From contig JAHFLL010000001.1 of the NCBI GenBank assembly GCA_023244895.1, forward strand, positions 745,802 through 809,801: a stretch of 64,000 bases of DNA. The letters run 5' to 3'. The position numbers and the translations under genes are program-made. The DNA is from Candidatus Liptonbacteria bacterium (GTDB taxonomy: Bacteria > Patescibacteriota > Minisyncoccia > UBA6257 > 2-01-FULL-56-20). Of this stretch, positions 10,492-21,235 are shown one piece after another. The notes below the pieces were generated by a model, which saw only the letters and a list, made by a program, of their open reading frames with translations, was not told where the DNA came from and did no database searches. Within the stretch, counting starts at the first letter, position 1. Every line of letters begins with the position of its first letter.

Positions 10492-11301
10492 CTATCTAAT
10501 GAGCGGAGCGACGAGTGTGCGCAGCTCGTCCGAGAGCTGGCGCGAGCACGCGATCACAATCGGGAACTTGCGCTGCCCGATTTCCGGATCCGCGAGATCC
10601 GGAACCGGCTCGTCCGCGGCTACGCCAGTCACGACGCAACCGGCCGCCCGGCAGATGGGGATGGCGGCAGCTACATCGAAGATGGTAGCGCCGGCGTGGA
10701 CATAGGCGTCCAACTTGCCCTGTGCCACCAGCATCGCCTCCCACACGAAGGAATTGATCATGCCGGTCATGCGGGCTTTCTGCCGGACATCCACGAATAC
10801 AGATTCCAACCCGGGCCAAGCTCCCACATCGACGAGAGCATCCCGAAGTCTGCAAGGGGAGGGCGACTCGACTCGGAGGTCGAAAGTTGCGGACAGGTCA
10901 CATTCGTAGCTCATACCCGCCTTGCCGTCGTCTTCCACCCAGAACCAGCTGCCCGCGCCGTCCACGGGTAGATAGATCATGCCGAACCCCCGGACGGTAC
11001 CGGCAGAGAGACCCCAGTAGTCCGACCCGCCGGCATAGTTCGCGGTTCCATCGATTGGGTCCAGAAACCATGTCCTCCCGCCAGTGAAGAATTCTCCTTC
11101 TTCGCTCATGATGCCGTCGCTGGGGAACATCTGGCGTAGCGCGACTGCGAGGATTCTTTCCGACTTCAGATCCGCTTCGGTCACAACGTCTTGAGGGGAG
11201 GTTTTGTCTTTGACCTCCATGCCCTCGCGAAGCGCTTCCAGGGCGGCGCTCCCCGCCTGAGTCATCGCGCTGGCCAGAGCCAGAATTTCTTCTCTAGTCA
11301 C
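10492..11301 (-). CDS. Inositol monophosphatase family phosphatase (GC-rich island A)
   Basis: It carries the WFLDPIDGTANYAGG signature of the IMPase/CysQ/SuhB family. GC content is about 65 %, against about 45 % for the flanking genes. Confidence 0.6.
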   Translation of the reverse strand: MTREEILALASAMTQAGSAALEALREGMEVKDKTSPQDVVTEADLKSERILAVALRQMFPSDGIMSEEGEFFTGGRTWFLDPIDGTANYAGGSDYWGLSAGTVRGFGMIYLPVDGAGSWFWVEDDGKAGMSYECDLSATFDLRVESPSPCRLRDALVDVGAWPGLESVFVDVRQKARMTGMINSFVWEAMLVAQGKLDAYVHAGATIFDVAAAIPICRAAGCVVTGVAADEPVPDLADPEIGQRKFPIVIACSRQLSDELRTLVAPLIR

Positions 11302-11302
11302 G

Positions 11303-11890
11303 CTACACCCCCTTCTCTAGGAAGTTGACTGCCCAGCGCGTTGCCTGGACTGACTTGGCGTCCGAAATCAGGCCGTCGTCACACATTGCGACCCAGTCTG
11401 CCAGGTCGTAGAGAACCGGCAGGATGAGCTCGGTCCCATCCGGCTTCGGCTCCTGCACGAGCTCACATTCTTGAGCGACAGCCACCAGGCCCTCCATGCG
11501 TAAGGAGGCGGGGTCAACGAATACTCTGCGATCCCAGAAGATGTGAATGTATCTGGGCCAGTAGCCGGTCTCCTCGACCAACTCCACTCTGACCACATCC
11601 TCGTGGGTCTGCCCGGCCTTGGGATTGCCCCCAGGTAGCTCCAAGATCCAGGCGTTAATCGCGTGGCGATACTGCCAGGTCACAATGACTTCGTTTGCCT
11701 TGGTGACCGGAAAGATGAACACCGGTCGGGTGTTGGCGCCGAACAACCAAAAGTCGGCGGTTTTCCCGTCCGGATAGGAGAAGTCCTGAGAGAACATTCT
11801 CCTGCCGTACCTCTGGAGCTGAACCTGTTCGGGACCCAGTTGGGGCGAAATCCTAGCTGCCGGGACCTCGCCTCTTCGCAACTTCAGCAT
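11303..11890 (-). CDS. Nudix-family hydrolase (GC-rich island A)
   Basis: It has a Nudix-like box GGNPKAGQTHEDVVRVELVEETGY with one residue of slippage. The gene is GC-rich, has a GGGGGA-type RBS, and its stop is 2 nt from the IMPase start. Confidence 0.45.
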   Translation of the reverse strand: MLKLRRGEVPAARISPQLGPEQVQLQRYGRRMFSQDFSYPDGKTADFWLFGANTRPVFIFPVTKANEVIVTWQYRHAINAWILELPGGNPKAGQTHEDVVRVELVEETGYWPRYIHIFWDRRVFVDPASLRMEGLVAVAQECELVQEPKPDGTELILPVLYDLADWVAMCDDGLISDAKSVQATRWAVNFLEKGV

Positions 11891-11971
11891 CTTGATCCCC
11901 CGCTACAAACCACAACGTATTCCTATGCAGGTCCCGGGTGGGACCCAGGACCGACTAGGCCAAGTTATAAA

Positions 11972-12001
11972 TTAAAAAACCATTTCAGTCAATAAAATGG
12001 T
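11972..12001 (-). terminator. Rho-independent terminator downstream of gmd
   Basis: On the minus strand there is a hairpin ACCATTTT-ATTGACTGA-AAATGGT followed by TTTTTTAATTT. Confidence 0.5.
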
Positions 12002-12050
12002 CTCTCGAAGAAAACCCTAAAAATATTAAATACTTGTCGCCTGCTACTAC

Positions 12051-13046
12051 CTATTTCTCACTTCCCAACAATTTTATGTCCGCATCTACCATAATCTTTA
12101 CCAAATCCTCAAACTTGGTACTGGCCGTCCAACCCAACTTATTTTTTGCCTTAGTGGTATCCGCGATAAGATTTTCCACTTCCGTCGGGCGATAGTAGCG
12201 CTGATCTATTTCTACATACTTCTCCCAATCCGGTAGACCAGCATATTGGAAAGCCGCTACTAGAAACTCTTTAACAGAATGACTCTCGCCAGTGCCGATC
12301 ACGTAATCTTCCGCCACAGGTTGCTGGAGCATCAGCCACATTGCTTCCACATATTCTTTGGCATAACCCCAATCGCGCCTGGCCTCCAAATTTCCTAAGT
12401 ATAACTTCTTGTCTAGGCCTGCTTTTATGCGTGCTATTCCGCGAGTTATTTTTCTGGTAACGAACGTCTCCCCCCTGCGCGGACTTTCATGATTGAAGAG
12501 GATACCGTTTACCGCGAACATTCCGTACGCCTCCCGGTAGTTACGGGTCATGTAATACGCGAATGCCTTAGAGGCACCATAGGGACTGCGCGGATAGAAA
12601 ACGGAGTTCTCGTTTTGGGGGGGTGGCGTAGCGCCAAACATTTCCGAACTGGAAGCCTGGTAAAACTTTATCTTCCGGTCGGTATCTTCCTGATAATCCT
12701 TAACGGCCTCTAATACTCGCAAAGCACCGAGCCCGGTAATATTCGCGGTATACTCCGGAATATCAAACGATACGCGCACATGAGATTGAGCGCCTAAGTT
12801 ATATATTTCATCCGGTTGAATTTGATAAATCAGCTTGCGCAAAGTACTGGAGTCAGACAGGTCCCCATAATGCAACTTAAAAACATACTTATCCGCATGC
12901 GGGTCCTGATAAATATGATCTACCCGACTAGTATTAAAGGTGGAGGCACGCCTCATCACGCCGTGAACCTCGTATCCTTTTTGGAGCAGAAACTCCGCCA
13001 GATAGCTACCGTCTTGTCCGGTTATGCCGAAAATTAACGCCCTCAT
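12051..13046 (-). CDS. gmd: GDP-mannose 4,6-dehydratase
   Basis: The N-terminus [46 protein letters not shown] is canonical Gmd, as is the whole 331 aa protein. Confidence 0.85.
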   Translation of the reverse strand: MRALIFGITGQDGSYLAEFLLQKGYEVHGVMRRASTFNTSRVDHIYQDPHADKYVFKLHYGDLSDSSTLRKLIYQIQPDEIYNLGAQSHVRVSFDIPEYTANITGLGALRVLEAVKDYQEDTDRKIKFYQASSSEMFGATPPPQNENSVFYPRSPYGASKAFAYYMTRNYREAYGMFAVNGILFNHESPRRGETFVTRKITRGIARIKAGLDKKLYLGNLEARRDWGYAKEYVEAMWLMLQQPVAEDYVIGTGESHSVKEFLVAAFQYAGLPDWEKYVEIDQRYYRPTEVENLIADTTKAKNKLGWTASTKFEDLVKIMVDADIKLLGSEK

Positions 13047-13675
13047 TTTTTATTTTCCGCTTTTGGTACGACTATGACTAGGTCTTCCACCAGCTTTCTG
13101 GTTTTTTCATCTTTTGGCCAATCCTCCAGGATTTTATCCGTAACCGACTTGAACCGATCGCCATCCTGCTTAAACCTATAAATGTCCATTAAGCCATAGA
13201 GATACTGGGGACGATTAGGAGAGGACTCCGCGCCTTGCAAGAAGGCTTGTTCGGCGGTGTCTAAATATATAGGATTTTTTGACTGGATAGCCGATATCTC
13301 ATGTATCACGCCGAGAATATACAGGTCCTGCCCGAAGCTCATGCCGCGACCCCTCTCTATTATCGGATTATAATATCCCGCCAGAAACTTTAAACTGGCG
13401 TCTATCAATTCGGTATTATTAGTGTTTCTAATAACCGACATCAAGGAGTTGGCTAGGTTGCGAACCAGCTCCGGTTGGCCGATCGGCGAGTTTAACTCTA
13501 GAGCAGGAACAATCGCTCTCTTTAGATCGTCCAAGCTTTTAGCATTTGCCGCCTTTTGACTGGCCAGCACATAAGCGACCGACTTCCTCCAGGGCAAGTA
13601 GTTTCCATAGATGCCCACTCCGAGCATGACTATTCCTAGCGAAACTGCAATTATATGCTTAATGGATTGATTCAT
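13043..13675 (-). CDS. Hypothetical membrane-anchored protein
   Basis: It has an N-terminal TM helix. It is co-operonic with gmd (4 nt overlap) and with the O-antigen-ligase-like gene. Confidence 0.35.
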   Translation of the reverse strand: MNQSIKHIIAVSLGIVMLGVGIYGNYLPWRKSVAYVLASQKAANAKSLDDLKRAIVPALELNSPIGQPELVRNLANSLMSVIRNTNNTELIDASLKFLAGYYNPIIERGRGMSFGQDLYILGVIHEISAIQSKNPIYLDTAEQAFLQGAESSPNRPQYLYGLMDIYRFKQDGDRFKSVTDKILEDWPKDEKTRKLVEDLVIVVPKAENKK

Positions 13676-13680
13676 AGAAA

Positions 13681-15027
13681 TTATCTGACAGGGTTTTTGT
13701 TTCCCCTTAGAATATGCACCCCGAAAGCCAGGAGGATAAATAAATTGATATAAATCGGCAAGACATCAAACAAAGCTAAAGCCTGCACAAAATATGCCAC
13801 CGGCATTGCCACTAGAAGTCCGGTCATGAGCGGATGCTCGCGTAGGCCCCTCTTCCAAAGTTGCCAGTAGAAGGCCGCGAACATAGATAAGTAGGCCAAT
13901 AAGCCCACTATCCCTGTTTCGGATAGATAATCGAAGAAGACGCTATGCGCTCTATCGAACCAAGTTTCTCTGTTCTCTCCAGGAACGAAGTGACGTGCAT
14001 CAAAATACTTATCAAAGACGGTGGTAAAGTTCTCCGGGCCCCAGCCCAAGATGGGTCGTTCTTTGAACCCGCGCCAAGCGCTACCCCAGGTCCAAAATCT
14101 GGTCTGTGCCGTGGCTTCTCCAAAATCCAAGAATAATAGACGACTACCGGGCATTTGTTTGATAAACGATCTGTCGCGTAGACCAAAGGCTAAGGCGCCT
14201 AAAAGGAATAATCCAAATAGAATCAAAACCGCGATAATACGCAGTTTCTTCTGGCCATATACACAGAGATATCCTAGATACGCCAGTGCTCCGACAATAA
14301 GGCCCAACATAGCCCCACGCGTGCCAGCCAGCCAGAAGAATAAAAAGAAGAAGGCAATAAGTAATAAGTAACTAAAATGTCCCAACCAATCTCTTTTCTT
14401 GCTGAACCAAAGCCACATCCCGAAGAAGGAAACAAAAATAAGATATATGGAAACATAGGCGGGGTTGCCGAGAGATCCCTGAAAACGATATTGTGGCTCT
14501 ACCAGTCGGGACCAAAGGGTAGGAGTATTCAGCTCTGGATGCGAAAAGTAAGGACCTAGAAAACCGGAGGCTCCTATTGCCGCCGCTAATCCATAAAAAA
14601 TCATAAGCGTAGCTGCCACTAAAGATGAACGGAAAAGAATCTTCCAATCTCGCTCATCCTCAAAGAGAGTCACGAGCAACAGGAAAAATAGGTAGTAATG
14701 AATCATCTGGAAGGCGCCCTCGCCCCGCTCAAAATTAGACCAAATTGCGGAGTGCACATCCCAGGCGAATAAGGCGGCCAAGGTGTATGCAGCAGTGAAG
14801 GCGCTAACCGCCCATACGATTGGCTTATTGAACGCGTTTTTTAACCGCTCCCCCAGATTACCCCGCTCAAAGGCCCACCACAGAAGAGTGCAAATGACCG
14901 CGAACTCTATTACCCAGCGGAAAAAGTAGTACTTCACTCCGATAAACGGGAAATAGTTACTACCCGCCACCAGAACAACCGCGAAAACGGATGTGTGCAG
15001 AAAGAATTTGGATAGTTTGAGAAACAT
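13681..15027 (-). CDS. O-antigen ligase / Wzy_C-family polytopic membrane protein
   Basis: It has about 10 TM helices and a periplasmic-loop motif RAHSVFFDYLSETGIVG that fits the O-antigen ligase consensus H-[NS]-x-x-L-x(4)-E-x-G-x-x-G. Confidence 0.5.
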   Translation of the reverse strand: MFLKLSKFFLHTSVFAVVLVAGSNYFPFIGVKYYFFRWVIEFAVICTLLWWAFERGNLGERLKNAFNKPIVWAVSAFTAAYTLAALFAWDVHSAIWSNFERGEGAFQMIHYYLFFLLLVTLFEDERDWKILFRSSLVAATLMIFYGLAAAIGASGFLGPYFSHPELNTPTLWSRLVEPQYRFQGSLGNPAYVSIYLIFVSFFGMWLWFSKKRDWLGHFSYLLLIAFFFLFFWLAGTRGAMLGLIVGALAYLGYLCVYGQKKLRIIAVLILFGLFLLGALAFGLRDRSFIKQMPGSRLLFLDFGEATAQTRFWTWGSAWRGFKERPILGWGPENFTTVFDKYFDARHFVPGENRETWFDRAHSVFFDYLSETGIVGLLAYLSMFAAFYWQLWKRGLREHPLMTGLLVAMPVAYFVQALALFDVLPIYINLFILLAFGVHILRGNKNPVR

Positions 15028-15107
15028 GGAATTAATATATAGTGGGAGGCAAATAATGAATTAGGAGTTTTTTGCTTTCTACATTCTAATTACTACTTTC
15101 CGAATAT

Positions 15108-16628
15108 TTATCTGGCATATTCCACCGCGCGGACCTCGCGAATAACATTAACTTTAATCTCCCCTGGGAATTTTAGCTCGGATTGGATGCGATTCGCAAT
15201 CTCTCTGGCTAATTCTAATGCGCGGAAATCGTCTATTTTCTCTGGGATTACGAATACGCGCAATTCCCTACCCGCGGATATGGCATAGGACTGTTTTATG
15301 CCCGGGAAACCGTTTGCGATTTTTTCCAGATCCGCCAGCCGCTTAATGTAATTTTCAATATTGTCCCTGCGCGCGCCCGGACGGCCGGCAGAAATAACAT
15401 CCGCCGCTGTTACCACATACGCCTCCGAGGTGGCATAAGGATAGTCTTCATGGTGAGACTGCATGGCCTGCACCACCTTCTCGTCCACACCATATTTCCG
15501 CAAAATTTTAATACCTAATTCTACGTGCGTGCCTTCTACTTCATGGTCAATCGCCTTACCAATGTCGTGCAAGAGGGCTCCCTTTCTGGCTACCTCCACG
15601 TTGAGTCCCAATTCCGACGCCATCATAGCGGCCAGATACGCCATTTCAATGGAATGAGTCAAAACGTTTTGACCATAGCTGGTACGGAACTGAAGCCTGC
15701 CTAAAAGCTGAACAATCTCCTTGGGCAGATCATATACACCAACCTCCATAGTGGCTGCCTCGCCAATTTCCGTTATTCTCTTATTGAGCTCCTGCTTAGC
15801 CTCTTCTACTTTCTCTTCAATCTTGGCGGGCTGAATACGCCCGTCCTTGACCAGCTTCTGCAAAGCTAAACGCGCCACTTCTCTGCGATAGGGGTCAAAA
15901 GAAGAGATAACAACCGCGTCCGGCGCTTCGTCTATCACGAACTCCACTCCAGTCGCACGCTCCAACGCGCGGATATTGCGCCCCTCTCGTCCGATTATTT
16001 TGCCCTTCAGCTCCTCGTCCTCCAAGGGGAAGATAGTGGTAGTGGCTTCCGAGATATGCGACCGCGCATAGCGTTGCAGAGCCACCGTGATAATCTCCAT
16101 GGATTTCTTCTCTATCTCGTCGTGTCTTTCTTTCTCTATCTTTTGCAAGGTCTGAGCCAACTCCTGGGAACTTTCGGATTTTATCCTGCTGAATAGCTCT
16201 TCTTTCGCGCCTTGTTCGGTCAACTTGGCAACCCTTTGCAACTCTGCGTTTATCTTTTCACGACCAGCCTCGGCTTCCGCCTGCTTACCCTTCAACTCTT
16301 CCGCGTAGCGGCGCAACTCATTTTCTCCCCGTTCAATATTGCTTAACTTTTTATCCAACGTTTCTTCTCTCTCAATTAGACGAGACTCTAAAGCCGTGAG
16401 TCTATTTTTTTGCTCGCGCTCATCATTCTTTACCTCAGTTATAAGCGAGGCTGCCTTTTCTTTGGCCTCCAGGACAATCTCCTTAGCCTTGGTCTCCGCC
16501 TCGCTTAATTTGCGCTTACCCTCCTGCTCTAGCGAAGAGTTTAGATTTACTATCTGAGATCTGCGGATTAGATAACCCGCTAGGGCGCCTAAAGCTAAGG
16601 CACCCGCCCCGATTAGGTAGGTATTCAT
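15108..16628 (-). CDS. rny: Ribonuclease Y
   Basis: It has an N-terminal TM helix, a coiled coil, a KH domain and an HD domain (LLHDIGKA). Confidence 0.85.
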   Translation of the reverse strand: MNTYLIGAGALALGALAGYLIRRSQIVNLNSSLEQEGKRKLSEAETKAKEIVLEAKEKAASLITEVKNDEREQKNRLTALESRLIEREETLDKKLSNIERGENELRRYAEELKGKQAEAEAGREKINAELQRVAKLTEQGAKEELFSRIKSESSQELAQTLQKIEKERHDEIEKKSMEIITVALQRYARSHISEATTTIFPLEDEELKGKIIGREGRNIRALERATGVEFVIDEAPDAVVISSFDPYRREVARLALQKLVKDGRIQPAKIEEKVEEAKQELNKRITEIGEAATMEVGVYDLPKEIVQLLGRLQFRTSYGQNVLTHSIEMAYLAAMMASELGLNVEVARKGALLHDIGKAIDHEVEGTHVELGIKILRKYGVDEKVVQAMQSHHEDYPYATSEAYVVTAADVISAGRPGARRDNIENYIKRLADLEKIANGFPGIKQSYAISAGRELRVFVIPEKIDDFRALELAREIANRIQSELKFPGEIKVNVIREVRAVEYAR

Positions 16629-16768
16629 TGTGATATTTAGTTGTTTCTATGGTCTCGAACGAAAGTGAATACATTAAAGAACGGACGTTACCAGGAAACA
16701 AAAGACTTAATTAATTGACGTTTTAACCAACTTATTGATTGTACCAGTCAATAGGCGAAGAAGCAAGA

Positions 16769-17188
16769 CTACCATAAGAATGGGGGTAGAAAGAGAAATC
16801 CTATCAGTATGTTTACGACTGATAATATTAAAACGTAAGTCTTCCCGTCCAAAAAATCTTTATCCGCAGTTTCGGAATTGAGTTTACGATAGATCAGGCC
16901 TGTATTAATCACCCACCCAATCACAAAACAGAACAGGCTAAATATAATCTCTGCAATAATGGCAAAATCGTCCGAAGGGGCTTTTATTAGAACTATTATG
17001 GGATAGGCAACAGCCATAACCAACCCCAGGAATATTGCCGGGATAGTTTTCTTCGTGCTCTTTTTGTTTGCACTCCCCGCATCTCGTTCTCCGGACCACC
17101 TCAATCTTAATATGACATATAAAACTATAAGAGCCACTACTACCGCGACAAATAGGATTAGCTCCGAATTCAACATTATTGTTTCCAT
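16769..17188 (-). CDS. Small integral membrane protein
   Basis: It has four predicted TM helices and no recognisable family. Confidence 0.35.
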   Translation of the reverse strand: METIMLNSELILFVAVVVALIVLYVILRLRWSGERDAGSANKKSTKKTIPAIFLGLVMAVAYPIIVLIKAPSDDFAIIAEIIFSLFCFVIGWVINTGLIYRKLNSETADKDFLDGKTYVLILSVVNILIGFLFLPPFLW

Positions 17189-17273
17189 GTTGTAAGTATA
17201 CTATAAAAAACGTAGTTTAAGTCTTAAACCAATAGAGAACCCACTCCCCCTAATAATCTGCTAAAATATACCT

Positions 17274-18806
17274 ATGCATCGCACCGTAGTTTTAATGATT
17301 CTGGATGGCTGGGGAGTTGGACCGGCTAATGACGCCAATCCTATCCACGTGGTAAACCCCCAAAACTTCAAGTACCTGGCAGAAAACTATCCGGTAACTA
17401 GCCTACAGGCTTCCGGTATCAGCGTAGGTTTGCCCTGGTCAGAGACCGGCAACAGCGAGGTTGGCCACCTGACTCTTGGGGCGGGCAAAACTATCTATCA
17501 GTATTATCCCAAAATTATGATGGCCATACAGGATGGCACATTTTTTGAAAACGAAGTTTTAAAATCCGCTTTCGCGCACGCGCGCAAAAATAATTCCGGC
17601 GTGAATCTGGTGGGGCTCCTCACTAAGGCCAACACTCACGCCTCTCTGGAACATCTCCAGGCTCTTCTTCTAATGGCCGAAAAGGAGCAGATCTCCAATG
17701 TGAAGCTACACCTCTTCGGAGATGCGATTGATTCTCCTCCTAAATCTATATTAGAGATGCTGGAATCTCTGCCTGCGGAGAAACTAGCGACTTTAACTGG
17801 ACGCTATTACGCCATGGACCGCAACGAGAACTGGTCTCTTACTCAAAAAACCTACGAATGTTTAACGGGCAAGTCGGGAGGTGCCGTGCCGAATCTCGCG
17901 GAATATCTCAAAAAGTTTTTTGAGAGAAACGCCAGCGAAGAATTTCTGCCTCCTCTGCGGGTTGACCCAGCCAAAGCCATCTCCTCCAACGATGCCGTTA
18001 TCTTCTTTAATTTCCGAGAAGACAGCATCCGCCAAACGGTAGAGCCATTTATTCTGCCTAACTTTGACCGCTTCGCGCGACAGCTGCCGGAAAATCTCTA
18101 CGTTGCCACGCTCACTCGTTATGCCGAAACATATCCCGTGCCGTTCGCTTTCGCGGGTGACAAAGTGGATAGGCCTTTGGGGCTGATCCTTAGCGAGCTC
18201 AACAAAACCCAGTTGCGCCTGGCGGAAACCTATAAATACGCTCATGTAACTTATTTCTTTAACGGCTATCACGAAGAACCGTATAAGAATGAATATCGAG
18301 TATTGGTGCCCTCTCTCAATATTACTCATCCCGATGAGCACCCCGAGCTGATGGCCTCTGCCATAACAGACCGATTATTAGAGGCCCTCTCCAACCAGGC
18401 TTTTGATTTTATCTTGGTTAATTATTCCAACCCCGACACCATGGGACATTCCGGCAACTATGATGCTTGCCTTAAGGCGGTGGGGGTAATAGACCAGGAA
18501 CTTGGGAGGGTTATAAAAGCGGTGGAGCAAACCGACACGGTGCTTTTAATCACCTCCGACCATGGCAACATAGAGCAAGAACTGAATCCCATGACCGGCG
18601 TAGTGGAGACCCAGCATCAGAATAATCCCGTACCATTCTATTTGGTCGCGCAGGAATTCAAGGGCAGAAAATTTCCCAACCAGCTCGACTTGCGCAACGA
18701 TACCCTGGGGCTTTTGGCGGACGTAGCCCCGACGGTCTTGGGGCTGATGCAGATTCCCAAACCACAAGACATGTCCGGAGATAACTTGCTAAGACACCTT
18801 TTATAA
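17274..18806 (+). CDS. gpmI: 2,3-bisphosphoglycerate-independent phosphoglycerate mutase
   Basis: The N-terminus MHRTVVLMILDGWGVG and the 510 aa iPGM architecture are both present. Confidence 0.85.
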   Translation: MHRTVVLMILDGWGVGPANDANPIHVVNPQNFKYLAENYPVTSLQASGISVGLPWSETGNSEVGHLTLGAGKTIYQYYPKIMMAIQDGTFFENEVLKSAFAHARKNNSGVNLVGLLTKANTHASLEHLQALLLMAEKEQISNVKLHLFGDAIDSPPKSILEMLESLPAEKLATLTGRYYAMDRNENWSLTQKTYECLTGKSGGAVPNLAEYLKKFFERNASEEFLPPLRVDPAKAISSNDAVIFFNFREDSIRQTVEPFILPNFDRFARQLPENLYVATLTRYAETYPVPFAFAGDKVDRPLGLILSELNKTQLRLAETYKYAHVTYFFNGYHEEPYKNEYRVLVPSLNITHPDEHPELMASAITDRLLEALSNQAFDFILVNYSNPDTMGHSGNYDACLKAVGVIDQELGRVIKAVEQTDTVLLITSDHGNIEQELNPMTGVVETQHQNNPVPFYLVAQEFKGRKFPNQLDLRNDTLGLLADVAPTVLGLMQIPKPQDMSGDNLLRHLL

Positions 18807-18853
18807 ACGTACTCTATAAAAACGGCTGGAAAATATGTTACAATCAAAACGTT

Positions 18854-19216
18854 ATGCGCTGGCTCTCTAGAGTAGTCTTGGCAATAGCCATAAACTTAAT
18901 AGCGATTTTGGCCGCGAATCAATGGATTCCGGGATTTAGTGTCTCGGGCGGATTTAAGGAGTGGCTAATCGCGGCGGGGATACTTACTATCCTAAACTTC
19001 GTGGTCAAACCTGTTTTAAAGCTGGTACTCGGTCCAATTATCGTTTTGACCCTGGGTCTGGGGCTTATTTTAGTCAACATGATTGTCATATATCTGCTTG
19101 ACAAGTTTTCACAAGACATTAGCATAGAGGGCGTTCTAACGTTGCTCTATGGATCAATATTAATCGGAGCCTTGAACTTCCTAATGCATTTAGCCATACA
19201 CAAAAAAGATGAATAA
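18854..19216 (+). CDS. Four-TM membrane protein (DUF360 / phage-holin-4-like family)
   Basis: It has four hydrophobic helices and a composition typical of YvlD/DUF360 proteins. Confidence 0.4.
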   Translation: MRWLSRVVLAIAINLIAILAANQWIPGFSVSGGFKEWLIAAGILTILNFVVKPVLKLVLGPIIVLTLGLGLILVNMIVIYLLDKFSQDISIEGVLTLLYGSILIGALNFLMHLAIHKKDE

Positions 19217-19427
19217 TATAATAACCATATTACAGATAGTTTTGCCCATAGTAATCATAATCCTGATACTACTCCAGGAACGCTCCGCGGGGCTGTCCAG
19301 TCTCTGGGGTGGGGACGGAGGAGGGTTTTATCAAACCCGCCGCGGGCTGGAAAGATGGGTGTTTATCGCTACCATTGTCTGCGCTGTGCTCTTGGCGGCA
19401 GTTTCCATTTGGCGACTTATTCTATAA
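19209..19427 (+). CDS. secG: Preprotein translocase subunit SecG
   Basis: It is 72 aa with two TM helices, the motif LLQERSAGLSSLWGGDGGGFYQTRRGLE, and a Gly-rich loop typical of SecG. Confidence 0.6.
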   Translation: MNNIITILQIVLPIVIIILILLQERSAGLSSLWGGDGGGFYQTRRGLERWVFIATIVCAVLLAAVSIWRLIL

Positions 19428-19440
19428 GTATCCGAGCTTT

Positions 19441-21084
19441 ATGCTCTTTCTAAAGAAAATTCTGGGCGCGCTGAGCAGGCCGGAGAAAACGGCCGTTTTC
19501 GTGGCGTTCGTAGTAGCTCTATTATGCCTTGTCGGAATAATCTCTTTTTCAATATATCGTGCCACGGATATCGTGCCGGCCAGAGGCGGAGAATACGCGG
19601 AAGGCGTGGTTAGCCAGCCCAGTTTCGTTAATCCCATTCTGGCATCCACGGAAGCGGATAAACTTCTGGTGCGCCTGCTTTTTTCAAACATCCCGGATGT
19701 GGCCGAAAAGGTTGAGGTGGATAAAAACGGCCGGGTTTGGCAGGTAACTCTTAAAGAGAATGTGCTCTGGTCGGATAACAAGAAACTCACCAGCGACGAC
19801 ATAGTTTTCACCGTGGAGAAAATCCAGGACCCCCAGACCCAGTCCCCTTTCTTTCATAGCTGGCAAGGCGTAGCGGTCAACCGCCTAAGCGAGCTTAAAG
19901 TACAATTTAATCTGGTTTCCCCCTATCCTTTCTTTGAGGAGAATTTGCGCGGCCTTTATATTCTACCCAAACATATTTTCGCGGACACTCCGCCTGGTAA
20001 TTGGAAATTGTCGGAATATAATCTTAAGCCGATTGGTAGCGGACCGTACCGCTTCGTAGACTTCGCTAAGCAACCTAATGGCTTCATTGCCAGCTACAGT
20101 CTGGCCGCTCGGGAAGACGGAAATGAATTGCCCCTGGTTCAAAAATTTAACTTAAAGTTTTTCTCGCATACGCAAGACGCAGTCAAAGAGTTTAACGCGG
20201 GTAAGATTGATGGTCTGACCATCATGGACGGCGACATCTATAAAGATATAACCAGACCCCACCAGCTTTTTTCTTATTTCTTGCCGAGCTACTACGCGGT
20301 ATTTTTCAACCAAAGCCAGAATATGGCCCTACAGGACATATCCGTGCGCAAAGCGCTTAGCGAGGCTATAGACAGGAACCTGCTTACCGAGAAAGTATTT
20401 TCAGGACGCGCTAACGCCATAAGCTCCCCCGTCCCCGAGACACAGAATCCACCCGCCGAAAGCAAGACGAGCAGCGTATCCATAGAACAAATCAATTCCG
20501 ATTTGGAACAGGCTGGTTGGAAGATGGGCCCGGAAGGCGTAAGGATAAAATCTACTAAGAGTGGCAATCTCACTCTTAACTTAAAACTTACGGTGCCGGA
20601 TGTTGCGTTTCTCTCTAAAACCGCGGAGGAGGTGATGGAAAGGTGGGTAAACATCGGCGCACGGGTAACTATTGAAAAACTTTCTCCGGAAGAAATCATT
20701 TCCGGCGCGATAAAAAATAGGGACTACCAGATGATTCTCTACGGCAATGTTCTAAATCCCCCTTCCGACCTCTACTCCTTCTGGCACTCCCGGGAAAGGT
20801 TTTACCCGGGCCTAAACTTGTCTCTATATAACAATAAGTCTGCGGATCAGCTGATTGATTCTATCCGCCGTGACTTTGACGGTAAGGCACGGGAAGAGAT
20901 GTTGCGCAAGCTTAGCGATACCATAACCGCGGACTACCCCGCCGCCTTCCTTTATTCTCCTCATTATCTTTTCGTGGCTGGTAAAAGCTTGGGCGGGGTA
21001 ACTCCCCGATTACTAGTTGATCCGGCGGACCGCCTGACTGAAATTTCCGCCTGGTACGTCAAAACCGAAAGAACCCTTAGGTAA
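19441..21084 (+). CDS. ABC transporter substrate-binding protein, family 5 (peptide/nickel type), lipid/TM anchored
   Basis: It has an SBP_bac_5-like architecture. The start is placed at the in-frame Met (MLFLKKILG) just after the secG stop. The N-terminus contains a TM or signal segment. Confidence 0.55.
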   Translation: MLFLKKILGALSRPEKTAVFVAFVVALLCLVGIISFSIYRATDIVPARGGEYAEGVVSQPSFVNPILASTEADKLLVRLLFSNIPDVAEKVEVDKNGRVWQVTLKENVLWSDNKKLTSDDIVFTVEKIQDPQTQSPFFHSWQGVAVNRLSELKVQFNLVSPYPFFEENLRGLYILPKHIFADTPPGNWKLSEYNLKPIGSGPYRFVDFAKQPNGFIASYSLAAREDGNELPLVQKFNLKFFSHTQDAVKEFNAGKIDGLTIMDGDIYKDITRPHQLFSYFLPSYYAVFFNQSQNMALQDISVRKALSEAIDRNLLTEKVFSGRANAISSPVPETQNPPAESKTSSVSIEQINSDLEQAGWKMGPEGVRIKSTKSGNLTLNLKLTVPDVAFLSKTAEEVMERWVNIGARVTIEKLSPEEIISGAIKNRDYQMILYGNVLNPPSDLYSFWHSRERFYPGLNLSLYNNKSADQLIDSIRRDFDGKAREEMLRKLSDTITADYPAAFLYSPHYLFVAGKSLGGVTPRLLVDPADRLTEISAWYVKTERTLR

Positions 21085-21182
21085 GACTCCAAGCTCCCCG
21101 CCTTCACCCAGCTTCGGATGGGCAGGCAAATACCAAATTCCAAACAAATCTCAATTACAGAAACGGGCTCGCTTGTAAAATT

Positions 21183-21235
21183 GGTGCTTGGTCATTGTTT
21201 GTTATTTGGTGCTTGGGATTTGGTGCTTGTTCCAG
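21183..21235. repeat. Three direct copies of TTGGTGCTTG in the pgi upstream region
   Basis: ttggtgcttggtc, ttggtgcttggga and ttggtgcttgttc are spaced 24 and 15 nt apart. Confidence 0.5.

Noticed and set aside
10496-11087. Several ORFs of 60-120 aa in alternative frames and strands inside island A, and similarly 25616..26322 inside island B
   Set aside because: These are GC-rich spurious ORFs overlapping the IMPase, Nudix and Nudix-like genes. They have no motifs and are Arg-rich.
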